From: an uncultured Bacilli bacterium
GTDB taxonomy: Bacteria; Bacillota_I; Bacilli_A; RF39; UBA660
Assembly (NCBI GenBank): GCA_947624175.1
Contig: CANQJD010000002.1
Location: forward strand, 1,170-65,169
DNA length: 64,000 bases
Direction of reading: 5' to 3'
How positions within the stretch are numbered: position 1 is the first letter of the stretch; each line of letters opens with the position of its first letter. Shown piece by piece: positions 52,861 to 62,500 of the stretch. The translations under genes were made by a program, and so were the position numbers. The notes beneath the pieces are model-generated. The model worked only from the letters and a program-made list of their open reading frames with translations. It searched no databases and was not told the DNA's origin.

Positions 52861-52884
52861 CTAGTATGTAAATTAACATACTAG
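52861..52884 (-). terminator. Terminator after the DltD-like gene
   Basis: CTAGTATGTaaattaACATACTAG perfect 9-bp stem, followed on the minus strand by a U-rich stretch. Confidence 0.5.
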
Positions 52885-52888
52885 ATTA

Positions 52889-53935
52889 TTAATATCCCAT
52901 CTCTTTATATTCTCTTACTAACTCTTCAAAATTATCACCAGTTGTTTCTCTATAATCATGTTTAAATTTTTCGTAAGCCATATCCCAGGACTTATACTTA
53001 CTATCACCTCTATGATCTTCTAAATCATAATTTTCTTTTAAATACCTAGAAAAATATAAAGTATATTTTGTTGCACCATAGGTGTTTAAATGAGCAAAGT
53101 TATATAAATCAGTATCAAAATCTACTTGAAAATCATCTAAAGTATTAAAATTAATAACTTCAAAACCATTCTCTTTAATATATTTAACACCATAATTTAT
53201 TAAAGGAAGTTCAACTTCTCCAAAAACTCTTTTAGGTACTACAAAGATAACATTTAAGTTATTATCTTTAATATATTTAAATAAATCATTTAAAGTATTA
53301 ATCGTATCTCCATGAAGAACTTTTTCTTCATCAGTCCAAACATTAGGAGTCTGTTTTCTTTTTTGAGCAACATCTATATTAAATAAATATCCTTTATATA
53401 GCTCCATTCTATTTAAAAGATTAGCTCTTAAAGCATTTTTATCTTTCCAAAAATCATGATAAGTAAAAAAACTAAAATAATAATTAATATATTCACTTTT
53501 AGGAACACTGGTATAACTTAAAAGTTCATTTATACAATCGGTTCGATTTTGAGATTTCTTAAGAGCATCTGTTACTTTTCTAATTTGACCTTCTTCTATC
53601 ATTGAAAAATATTCTGTGATTCTCGCGATATCTATAACATAAACTTTCGGTTTTTGATATTTAAGACTTTCTTTAATTAAATATTTCGTTGCAGCTAAAG
53701 GAACAGCATCAGCTGATAACATTCCTGTTGTAAAACCATGCTCATTGTAAGCTAAAGTCGTATTAAAATGAGCATAAGCATTACTACCTCCAATATAAAT
53801 TACATCTAATGAATTCTTTGGTTCTTTATAAAACTCTGTAATTGGGTTTCTTTGAATTCGAAGAACTTTACTAACTATGATAAAGATTACTAAAAATATC
53901 CCTATAAATATTATAATTTTTCCTAACTTCTTCAT
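52889..53935 (-). CDS. DltD-like / SGNH-type partner protein of the MBOAT acyltransferase
   Basis: N-terminal TM anchor, extracytoplasmic domain with YIGGSNAYAHF. Gene order (MBOAT then this ORF, 3-nt gap) as in dltB-dltD/algI-algJ type pairs. Confidence 0.45.
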   Translation of the reverse strand: MKKLGKIIIFIGIFLVIFIIVSKVLRIQRNPITEFYKEPKNSLDVIYIGGSNAYAHFNTTLAYNEHGFTTGMLSADAVPLAATKYLIKESLKYQKPKVYVIDIARITEYFSMIEEGQIRKVTDALKKSQNRTDCINELLSYTSVPKSEYINYYFSFFTYHDFWKDKNALRANLLNRMELYKGYLFNIDVAQKRKQTPNVWTDEEKVLHGDTINTLNDLFKYIKDNNLNVIFVVPKRVFGEVELPLINYGVKYIKENGFEVINFNTLDDFQVDFDTDLYNFAHLNTYGATKYTLYFSRYLKENYDLEDHRGDSKYKSWDMAYEKFKHDYRETTGDNFEELVREYKEMGY

Positions 53936-53938
53936 AAC

Positions 53939-55495
53939 CTAAAAACCTCGATAAATAAACGTAGCTGGGTCATAACCAGGTCCATAACAACCAATTATCA
54001 TAATAGCAAAGATTAAAATATAATAAACTAACCATCTAATTACTATATTTCGTTTTAATATTTTATCTCTTATATCCCCTTTACGATTCAAAACTTCAAT
54101 AACTATTAAAGAAATAATAGCAAAGATAAAGACTAATAATTCAATTTTTCCACTATAAACATGAATATTAAAGAAAGGTGTTTTAGTTTTATGATTAACA
54201 AATATTCCTTTTATAATCTTAAGAGCTTCACTTACTCTTTCTGCTCTAAAGAAAATCATTGAGAAGGAAAACAATAAATAAGTTCTAATTCTTTGATAAA
54301 GTTTATAACCAAATGATTCCCGATTTATTTTTAATTTACTAGTTATTAATATTGCAACCGGCTCCAAATTATCTTCTAAGAACATAAACAAAAATTGTAA
54401 AAGACCTGACCCAATTATATAAGTATAAGCACCACCATGCCAAATTCCAATCATTGTCCACATGATAAGCATTGATAAATATAAAGGTACTTTTTTACCA
54501 ACTTTCTTCCCAAATTTATCTTTGCAAACCCTATTTAACTTTTGCATAAAATTAGATTTTAATAAAGGATAAAAGATATAATCTTTAAGCCAAGCACCTA
54601 ATGTTATATGCCATCTTCTCCAAAATTCGGTTATCGTTCTAGCACAAAACGGATTATCAAAGTTTTCTGGTAAATTAATACCCATAATCTCAGATATTCC
54701 CATGATTATATCAATAGAACCTGAAAAGTTAGTATATAATTGAATTGTAAATAATAAAGCAGCTATAAATATATAAATACCTGAAAATCCATTTAGATTA
54801 CCATAAACAGTATTAACAAAATTACCTAATCTTTCAGATATAACTAATACTTTAAATACCCCAATTAAAACTCGAAGTAATCCTCTTCTTGCCCTTTCAT
54901 AATTAAACTTATGAGAACCATATAAATCATCTTTAATATTTTCATATCTAATAAATGGTCCTGATGTTAAAATTGGAAAATAAGACATGAATAAAGCACA
55001 CTTAAATATATTTCTTTGAGCTTTAATACTACCTCTTTGAATATCAATTAAATAACTAATCATAATCAAGGAATAATAACTAATTCCAACTAAAGAATTT
55101 CTTTTAACTAATTCATAATTGGTATTAAATAAATGATTAATAGTTGTAATAAATAAATTAGAATATTTTAAATAAAGTAATAACCCAAGAATTATAACAA
55201 TTCCAATTATTAAATAAAAATTCTTTTTATGATTATCTTTATTTTTTTCTATTAATATTCCTATTATATAAGATGTAAATATTACAATTAAAGCTTCTAT
55301 AATCGTTAATATAGTAAAATTTTTATAAAATAAAAAGAATAAGCTAGATATAAGTAAAACTATCCATTGAAATTTCTTAGGTACAATAAAATAAATACCT
55401 AAAACAATTACACAAAATAATAAAAATACTAATGTTACTAAACTCATACTACCTTCACCATAAAAAATAATATCACTAAAACAAATATTTGCCAA
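53939..55495 (-). CDS. MBOAT-family membrane O-acyltransferase (DltB/AlgI-like)
   Basis: Polytopic, conserved His region FWRRWHITLGAWLKDYIFYPL characteristic of MBOAT. Confidence 0.8.
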   Translation of the reverse strand: MANICFSDIIFYGEGSMSLVTLVFLLFCVIVLGIYFIVPKKFQWIVLLISSLFFLFYKNFTILTIIEALIVIFTSYIIGILIEKNKDNHKKNFYLIIGIVIILGLLLYLKYSNLFITTINHLFNTNYELVKRNSLVGISYYSLIMISYLIDIQRGSIKAQRNIFKCALFMSYFPILTSGPFIRYENIKDDLYGSHKFNYERARRGLLRVLIGVFKVLVISERLGNFVNTVYGNLNGFSGIYIFIAALLFTIQLYTNFSGSIDIIMGISEIMGINLPENFDNPFCARTITEFWRRWHITLGAWLKDYIFYPLLKSNFMQKLNRVCKDKFGKKVGKKVPLYLSMLIMWTMIGIWHGGAYTYIIGSGLLQFLFMFLEDNLEPVAILITSKLKINRESFGYKLYQRIRTYLLFSFSMIFFRAERVSEALKIIKGIFVNHKTKTPFFNIHVYSGKIELLVFIFAIISLIVIEVLNRKGDIRDKILKRNIVIRWLVYYILIFAIMIIGCYGPGYDPATFIYRGF

Positions 55496-55523
55496 GTGAT
55501 ATTACAAATTTTTACATAAACTA

Positions 55524-55943
55524 TTATTCTTCAACTAATTCAATTAATCCTAAATCCCACATTAAAAATGCAACTCTTTTATTATTAAATAGGATAGCTT
55601 CTTTAGCTTCCCTTACTAAAAATGCTCCATCTGATGTTAACTTTTCAATCATTTCATCAATATTCTTAACACTATAACATGTATGATAAAGATATTGACG
55701 TTTTTTAACTAAATTACTAACTACTCCTCCACTTATTAATTCAATCATGATTCCATCATTCATTTCTAACATACATAAATTAGCATCTTGATTTTTATCA
55801 TAAACAATCTTACTAATCTCTTTAATATCAAAATATTTTTTTAATTTTTCAATACTCTTTTCTATATCTTCCGTTGCTATTCCTATATGATGAAACTTCA
55901 TATTATCACACTCCTCAATATAGATTATATCACATTTAATCAA
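55524..55943 (-). CDS. VOC/glyoxalase-family protein
   Basis: MKFHHIGIATEDIEKSIE... N-terminal beta-alpha-beta-beta-beta module typical of glyoxalase I / methylmalonyl-CoA epimerase-like proteins. Confidence 0.55.
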   Translation of the reverse strand: MIKCDIIYIEECDNMKFHHIGIATEDIEKSIEKLKKYFDIKEISKIVYDKNQDANLCMLEMNDGIMIELISGGVVSNLVKKRQYLYHTCYSVKNIDEMIEKLTSDGAFLVREAKEAILFNNKRVAFLMWDLGLIELVEE

Positions 55944-55947
55944 ATAT

Positions 55948-56733
55948 TTACTTAAAAAATAGCATATAAAGTTTTGTCATAATAACTTGTAAAAGAGGAG
56001 CCCTATAAAGAAATTTATTTGAATTATCTAAAACTGCTTCTACTACTTTTTTAGTTATACTATCTAAATCATCATGACCCATTAATTCAAATAATTTTTT
56101 TTGTTTTAAACTAATACTTTCTAAATCATCAAAATAACTACTTTTTCTTTCTAATTTATTTTCAAGCATTATATCATTAAAACCTGTATTATAGATACCA
56201 GGTTCAATTAATTTAACTTGAATATTATTAGTTAATAATTTTATTTCTCTTTTTAAAACCGTTGCTATTGTAATTAAACTAGCTTTAGTAGCACAGTAAC
56301 TACCTAGAAAACTAATTGGAATAATACCAGCTATAGATGACGTGAATATAACTTTACCTTTTTTATTATTAGCAAATAAATGTCCTAAATAAATTTGAGT
56401 TAATCTTAAAGTAGAAAAGACATTAACTTCAAAATTTTCTTTCATTAAATCAATTGGAATCTCTAACATTGAACCACCTACTCCTATTGCTGCATTATTG
56501 ATTAAACAATCAATATCTAATTTTCTTATTTTCTTTCTATCTGATTCATTTGTAATATCAAGTTTAAAACATTTAATATTATTATCTAGTTTTAATTCTT
56601 TTACTTTTTCTAAAACCGTATCTACTTCATAATCATGATGCACAGTTAAATAAACTAAATGATTAAGTTTACCTAACTTTATTCCTGTTTCAAAACCAAT
56701 ATTACTTCCTGCTCCTGTTATTAATATTTTCAT
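55948..56733 (-). CDS. Short-chain dehydrogenase/reductase (SDR)
   Basis: TGAGSNIGF Rossmann motif, catalytic S...YxxxK (YCATKAS). Start set at MKILITG with GGTGAT RBS; the track ORF extends further upstream (56805). Confidence 0.8.
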   Translation of the reverse strand: MKILITGAGSNIGFETGIKLGKLNHLVYLTVHHDYEVDTVLEKVKELKLDNNIKCFKLDITNESDRKKIRKLDIDCLINNAAIGVGGSMLEIPIDLMKENFEVNVFSTLRLTQIYLGHLFANNKKGKVIFTSSIAGIIPISFLGSYCATKASLITIATVLKREIKLLTNNIQVKLIEPGIYNTGFNDIMLENKLERKSSYFDDLESISLKQKKLFELMGHDDLDSITKKVVEAVLDNSNKFLYRAPLLQVIMTKLYMLFFK

Positions 56734-56788
56734 TTTATCACCATTATTAGTATGGTAATTTTTTTCAAAATAATAAAAAAAGTTGGAA

Positions 56789-57769
56789 TTAAATCCAAAC
56801 TCCAAAGATAATTCCAGCCATAGCTAAGATTAAGCCAACTAACCAAAACATTCGAACAATATCAACTTCTGGCATACCTAATTTTTCAAAATGATGATGA
56901 ATTGGTGTCATTAAGAATAATCTCCTGTTGAAACATTTAACCCAAATAACTTGGATAATAACTGATAAAGTTTCAATTACAAATACTAAAGCAACTATTA
57001 AAAGGGTTACTTCTCTATGTGTTAAAATAGCAATTACACCCATGGTTGCTCCCAAGGCCAGTGACCCAGTATCGCCCATGAATACTTTAGCTGGATATGC
57101 ATTATAAAATAAGAATCCAACTAAAGAACCTGCTAATATCAATGTAAATATACCCATATCTATATAGCCAACCATTAAAGATATAAGGGAAAAAGCAATA
57201 AAAGCAATAGCTGATAATCCACCAGCTAACCCATCTAATCCATCCGTTAAATTAACCGCATTACTACTTCCAACTAAAATAAACAAAATAAATATTCCAT
57301 ATAACCATTTCATTTCAATATTAATACCTAAGGTTGAAACTACTAAAGAGGTTTGTCCTCCATTTTTAATATATAGATAAAAAACTATAACTGCAACAAT
57401 TAGTTGCATTAATATTTTTTGAACTTCTGTTAATCCTTCATTCTTTCCTCTTTTATGACTTAAATAATCATCTAAAAAACCAATAAAAGCATAACTAATA
57501 AAGACAAACAAAACTATTTGCAAATCTTCTGTAAATTCCATTTTATGAGTAATTAATAATCCAAAAACAATTAATAAAGTTGGTAAAATGAATATTAATC
57601 CTCCAAACGTAGGAGTTCCTTCTTTAACTTGATGTCTAACAGATACATAACTACTAATCTTTTGTCCCATATGCATTCTTCTAAGTAATGGTATTAAAAA
57701 GAAACCTAGGATAACTGAAGATATAAATCCAACCATAACTGCTAATATAGATTTTGTTAATAAATACAT
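56789..57769 (-). CDS. mraY: Phospho-N-acetylmuramoyl-pentapeptide transferase MraY homolog
   Basis: GTPTFGG, GFLDDYLSHKRGKNEGL, MGDTGSLALG and PIHHHFEKLG motifs match MraY rather than WecA/TagO. Confidence 0.75.
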   Translation of the reverse strand: MYLLTKSILAVMVGFISSVILGFFLIPLLRRMHMGQKISSYVSVRHQVKEGTPTFGGLIFILPTLLIVFGLLITHKMEFTEDLQIVLFVFISYAFIGFLDDYLSHKRGKNEGLTEVQKILMQLIVAVIVFYLYIKNGGQTSLVVSTLGINIEMKWLYGIFILFILVGSSNAVNLTDGLDGLAGGLSAIAFIAFSLISLMVGYIDMGIFTLILAGSLVGFLFYNAYPAKVFMGDTGSLALGATMGVIAILTHREVTLLIVALVFVIETLSVIIQVIWVKCFNRRLFLMTPIHHHFEKLGMPEVDIVRMFWLVGLILAMAGIIFGVWI

Positions 57770-57855
57770 TGATATTTCACTCCTATCTCTATAAGTATAC
57801 TACATAATAAGAAACTTATTAATAAGAAACTTCTCTTATTTACAATAATTTGACA

Positions 57856-59415
57856 CTATTGAACTGAAAATTTATATCCCCATAAATCAAAAATAAACTT
57901 TATATTAATAGCATTTGCTATTTCACTAGGTACTTCTACTAATTGACTATCATCTGAATAGTTACTTGGAGTAACGACTCTTATATTTGAATTTTTAACA
58001 TTATACTCTTTATCTTCTATTTTATATTCTAATTTTAAATAATTAAATAAATTAGTTTTAACATCACTTGTATAACTAAATTTAATTATTTTCATACCCG
58101 CTCTAGGAACAACACTAGCTTTATATTCATCACATTTATCTTTACTACATTTATTATAAGTATAATCAACAATATCTAAAACTTCGAATGAATTAAGTTT
58201 AAATTTACCCTTCTTTAAATAAGTTTTACTTAAATCTATTTCAGACTCTAATTTATATTCTTTATCTTCACTTTCTTTAAATACATATGGATTTAATCTA
58301 ACATCTTTATAATATAAAATAGCCTCTCCATTATTTACTCTTTTACCATTATAAACTTCTAATATTATCTTTTCATTTTCTATATTAGCATTCTTAATTT
58401 CATATATAACTATATAATTATTATCTTTATTAGGTATTAAAGTTTGAGTTCTATAATTAGTTCCTAACATACTAAATTTAGAAGATACATTAGTAACTGG
58501 ATAATAATAATCATTCTTAATTTTTGCTCTTGTATTCTTAATTTCTAATTTTAAACTTTCAGAATTTTTATTTATAACATTAAAATCAACTATTAAATAA
58601 TAAGTATTTTTATCTTTAATAATATTTCCATATTTATCTTTATTAGTTAAATAAGATGCATTTATTTTATAATCAAAGTTATTAACTGCTACTATATCTT
58701 GTTCATGAAATGTTTTATTAAAAACAAATTTATCTAAAGAAATGTAAGCTGTAATTGATAAAACCACTATAACTGCAAATACTATTAATATAAACGAATT
58801 TTCTTTAAAATAATAACCTATATTTCTTTTACTTCTTCTTAAATAATTAGAAACTTTTGAAACATCAATTCCAGTTCCAACTTCAATTTCTTCACGATCC
58901 GCTTCTGTAATATCTAATTCTTTAATATCTTTTTCAAAATTAAACTTTTTAACATTAAATCCAAATCCTCTTATAAATGCAATAACTATAAAGTAAAAAT
59001 TTAAATAATATAAAACCATAGCTAAATCTCTAAATATAACTAAAGCTTGATTAGAATAAGCTTGAAATTCTAAATTACTAAATACACTCATGAAAACTAA
59101 TAAGGATATAAAGGTAATAAAGTAGAAAATTGTTGCACTTAAATAATAAAAGACTGGTTTCTTCTTTTGTCTCATTAAAAAGAAAATTAAAAGTACAAAA
59201 GCAACTAATATAATTGAGGCTATTAACATCAAGATATTAACATACTGACTAGCCATATTTTCAACATAAGTATACGTACCAGTTTTTAAAAAGTTACTAA
59301 AAAAGACATAAATATTTCTAACTCTAAATAACATATAAGTCATTAATAAAAATAATATTATATGTATTATCTTAAAAAACTTTATTAAGAAAGCATATGG
59401 TTTTCTAATTATCAT
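57856..59415 (-). CDS. Hypothetical polytopic membrane protein with large extracytoplasmic C-terminal domain
   Basis: 519 aa; about 6 N-terminal TMs, then a beta-rich C-terminal region. Downstream of the second giant adhesin gene. Confidence 0.4.
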   Translation of the reverse strand: MIIRKPYAFLIKFFKIIHIILFLLMTYMLFRVRNIYVFFSNFLKTGTYTYVENMASQYVNILMLIASIILVAFVLLIFFLMRQKKKPVFYYLSATIFYFITFISLLVFMSVFSNLEFQAYSNQALVIFRDLAMVLYYLNFYFIVIAFIRGFGFNVKKFNFEKDIKELDITEADREEIEVGTGIDVSKVSNYLRRSKRNIGYYFKENSFILIVFAVIVVLSITAYISLDKFVFNKTFHEQDIVAVNNFDYKINASYLTNKDKYGNIIKDKNTYYLIVDFNVINKNSESLKLEIKNTRAKIKNDYYYPVTNVSSKFSMLGTNYRTQTLIPNKDNNYIVIYEIKNANIENEKIILEVYNGKRVNNGEAILYYKDVRLNPYVFKESEDKEYKLESEIDLSKTYLKKGKFKLNSFEVLDIVDYTYNKCSKDKCDEYKASVVPRAGMKIIKFSYTSDVKTNLFNYLKLEYKIEDKEYNVKNSNIRVVTPSNYSDDSQLVEVPSEIANAINIKFIFDLWGYKFSVQ

Positions 59416-59506
59416 TTTATCCCTCTATTCTATCAAGAATTATACTATATTTTTAAAAGAAAAGAAATACTTTAACAAATATTTCTTTTCACTTTACATA
59501 TTATTT

Positions 59507-62500
59507 TTATCTTTCATAATAATAATTAATTATATTTATTCCTTTAACTACTTTAATAGTTATTTCTTTAGGAGTTATATAACCATCATACTTATTTAAT
59601 TCTCCTGTTATACTATCTCCTTCTTTACTATCTATTTCTTTACTATTAACTAAAGTATAATTAACTCCATCTTTATTCATCAAATAATAGTTTATAACTA
59701 CCTTCGTTTTAATATCACTAGCTTCTTCCTTCACATTATCTTTAGTTATCTCGTAATCTATAACTGTATTCCTTAAAGTATAATTAGGATTAACATCCTT
59801 CATAGTAGCAACGGTTGTATAATTTCCAACTTCTTTATTCTTTGTTGTTTCTAGTTCTATTTTCTCTCCATTTACTCCGATTGCTGTTGCTTTAGGTGCT
59901 ACTAATCCTCCAGTATATTTTACACTTGTACTTGAATAATTAACTTCTAATGTTTTCTTTTCGATTGTGCAACTTAATGTTTTAGTTGTACTTCCATCAT
60001 TAAAGAAATATCCATTTTTAGTTGTAGCCATTACTGTATAAGTTCCAGCATCAGTACCCTTATTATTACTATAAGTTACATTCTTTCCACCTGATACTAA
60101 TGTTTGTTCTTCTCCATTATAAATTAAATTATTACAACTTCCTAGACTTGCTGTTTTATTAGTACCTATATTCTCATCAACTATACCAGGTCCTTCATTA
60201 GATGGAGATGATGTACCTAAAGATACAGTATATGGACTATCTATTGTTCCACTTCCACCTGCTATTTTAACTTCAGATTTTAGATTAATTGATGGGCGAA
60301 CAGCATCATACATCTCATTAGGTTTTCTTCTCTCTAAATAGTACCCAACACCAGTTCTTATCGTGTATCCGGAATCGGCAGGTGTTATAAGAGACATACT
60401 ATAGAATGTTGAATTTCCTATTGTAACCGAAAACATTTCTCCTACTCTTGGTAATCCTACTTTCCCTGTCCAAGTTTTAGTTGTTTTTTCACAATTTTTT
60501 GTTGTTTCAGTTGTATTGCTTTCACTACATATTGAATTTTTATAACTTGCATTCTTTACTGCTCCCAAATAATACGTTCCATCCGTTATATAATTTTGAA
60601 GTTCAGTGGTTAACCAAGTATCATTCAAATATGTATTCCATTGTGAAAATACCCAACTTTCATTTGTCCTACTAGTACTAAATTGTTTTGTTAAGATGGA
60701 ACCATATTCATCCCTTACAAAATCTACACCTGTTAATTTTGTAGTTCCATTTTCTATTCCTACTATCCTATATATTTTATTATCTACTTTTACATATTCT
60801 CCACTTAATCTTGTATTTATTGAATCCCCCGGTATTCCTGTTGGTTTGTCAATCGTTATCGTATATGGATTACTTTTTGTTCCTTCACCACTTAATTTGA
60901 TATCAGATTTTAGATTAATTACTGGGCGAACACCATATGCACTCGATGAAGGCGAAGCGTTTGACAATTTATCACCACTAGTAACATTCCAAACCATAGA
61001 ACTACTATATGGAGTCATAAACCAACTATAATTATTTCCATTTTTTAAATAAGTTTCCTTAGAAGCAGATGAACCTGAAATATTTTTATAACTTTGATAA
61101 TATTCATAGGCATTTAATAACCCTACATTGCCTTGCACTATTGTTGCAGTTTTATCTGTTGGTGGTTTTGCTGGTATACTATTTCCATCTGGAGTTGCAT
61201 TCCAATCAGCATTTTGGACAATTATATTTTGATAATTATAAAGGGTATCTTTAAAATCTTCATTTAACCATTGATATATCCACGAATCTTTATATGTTGT
61301 ATTTTCACCCCAATATATTGCTGTTATAGCATCTTGCATTCTCATTTTCATTGTTCCATCTGGATTTATCGCGGTTATTCTCCATAATTTCCCTGAATAC
61401 CATACATAGTTAAAATCTATACATTCATCATTTCCTGAAAAATAGATTGTTCCATCTTCATCTTCTACTATTGGATTACAACTTTTGTCTTTGACTTTAT
61501 CTAATACTTTATCAACTGCAGTTGGTATTTTAGAAGTTACACTATAAGTTTGAGAAGTAGCACTATTATAATTAGTTGTATCTGTTGGATTAAAACCAAC
61601 TGTTATATTGGTTGTACCAGCACCTTTTCCAGTTATAGCTATAGTATTATCTGATACACTTGCTGTTGCTATTCCACTATTTTGTGATGTTGCCGTATAT
61701 GTTCCTGCTACATCATTATTATTGAATTTAGCACTTGCTGTAAATAATATTGTAGAACCTACAAGAACATTACCACTACTTGAAGATAAAGTTAAAGTTG
61801 GAGTTGCTTTAGCAATTGTATAAGTTTGAGTTGGATTTGATATTGTGTAGTTATCTTTATTTGCTCTTCCTCCACTTACTTCTGATACAGTTGCCGTTGA
61901 TGTTATATTAGTCCCGGCATTAGTTTGTTTTGTCGTTGAAATAGTTAAAGTTTCTCCACTTATTGCTCCGGATGCTACTGTTGCACTTGGCCCTTGATTA
62001 CTTCCATTATAAGTATAAGTTCCTACATTCCAAGTTAGAGTTACACTCTTTTTTCCTATACTACAGCTTAATGTCTTATTTGCTGCATTATCTGAAAATT
62101 TATGATTAGAGTCTGGAGTTGCTGTTATAGTATATGTTTTAGCATCTGTTCCTTTTGTTGTTGTATAATTTACTCCACTTACTGTATTTACGATTGTTTG
62201 TTCTGCTCCACTATAAGTTTTATTAGCACAACTTCCTGCTTCAACATCTGCTTTATTGATTGTTAAGGTTCCAGTTCCATAACTTATTTTATAGTTACTT
62301 GTTACATCTGTAGAACCATTTACTATCTTGGCTCCACTTGCACTTATCTTTCCACTGCTTGTTACATTTGTATCCGTTGTTGTTAAGGTTATTTCACTTA
62401 AACTATGTCCTGTTACTAAATTGCTTGCTGTTGCTTTGCTTACACTTTTATCTATACTTCCTCCATAGGTTATCGTTTGATTTACCGGAGTTATTGTTGT

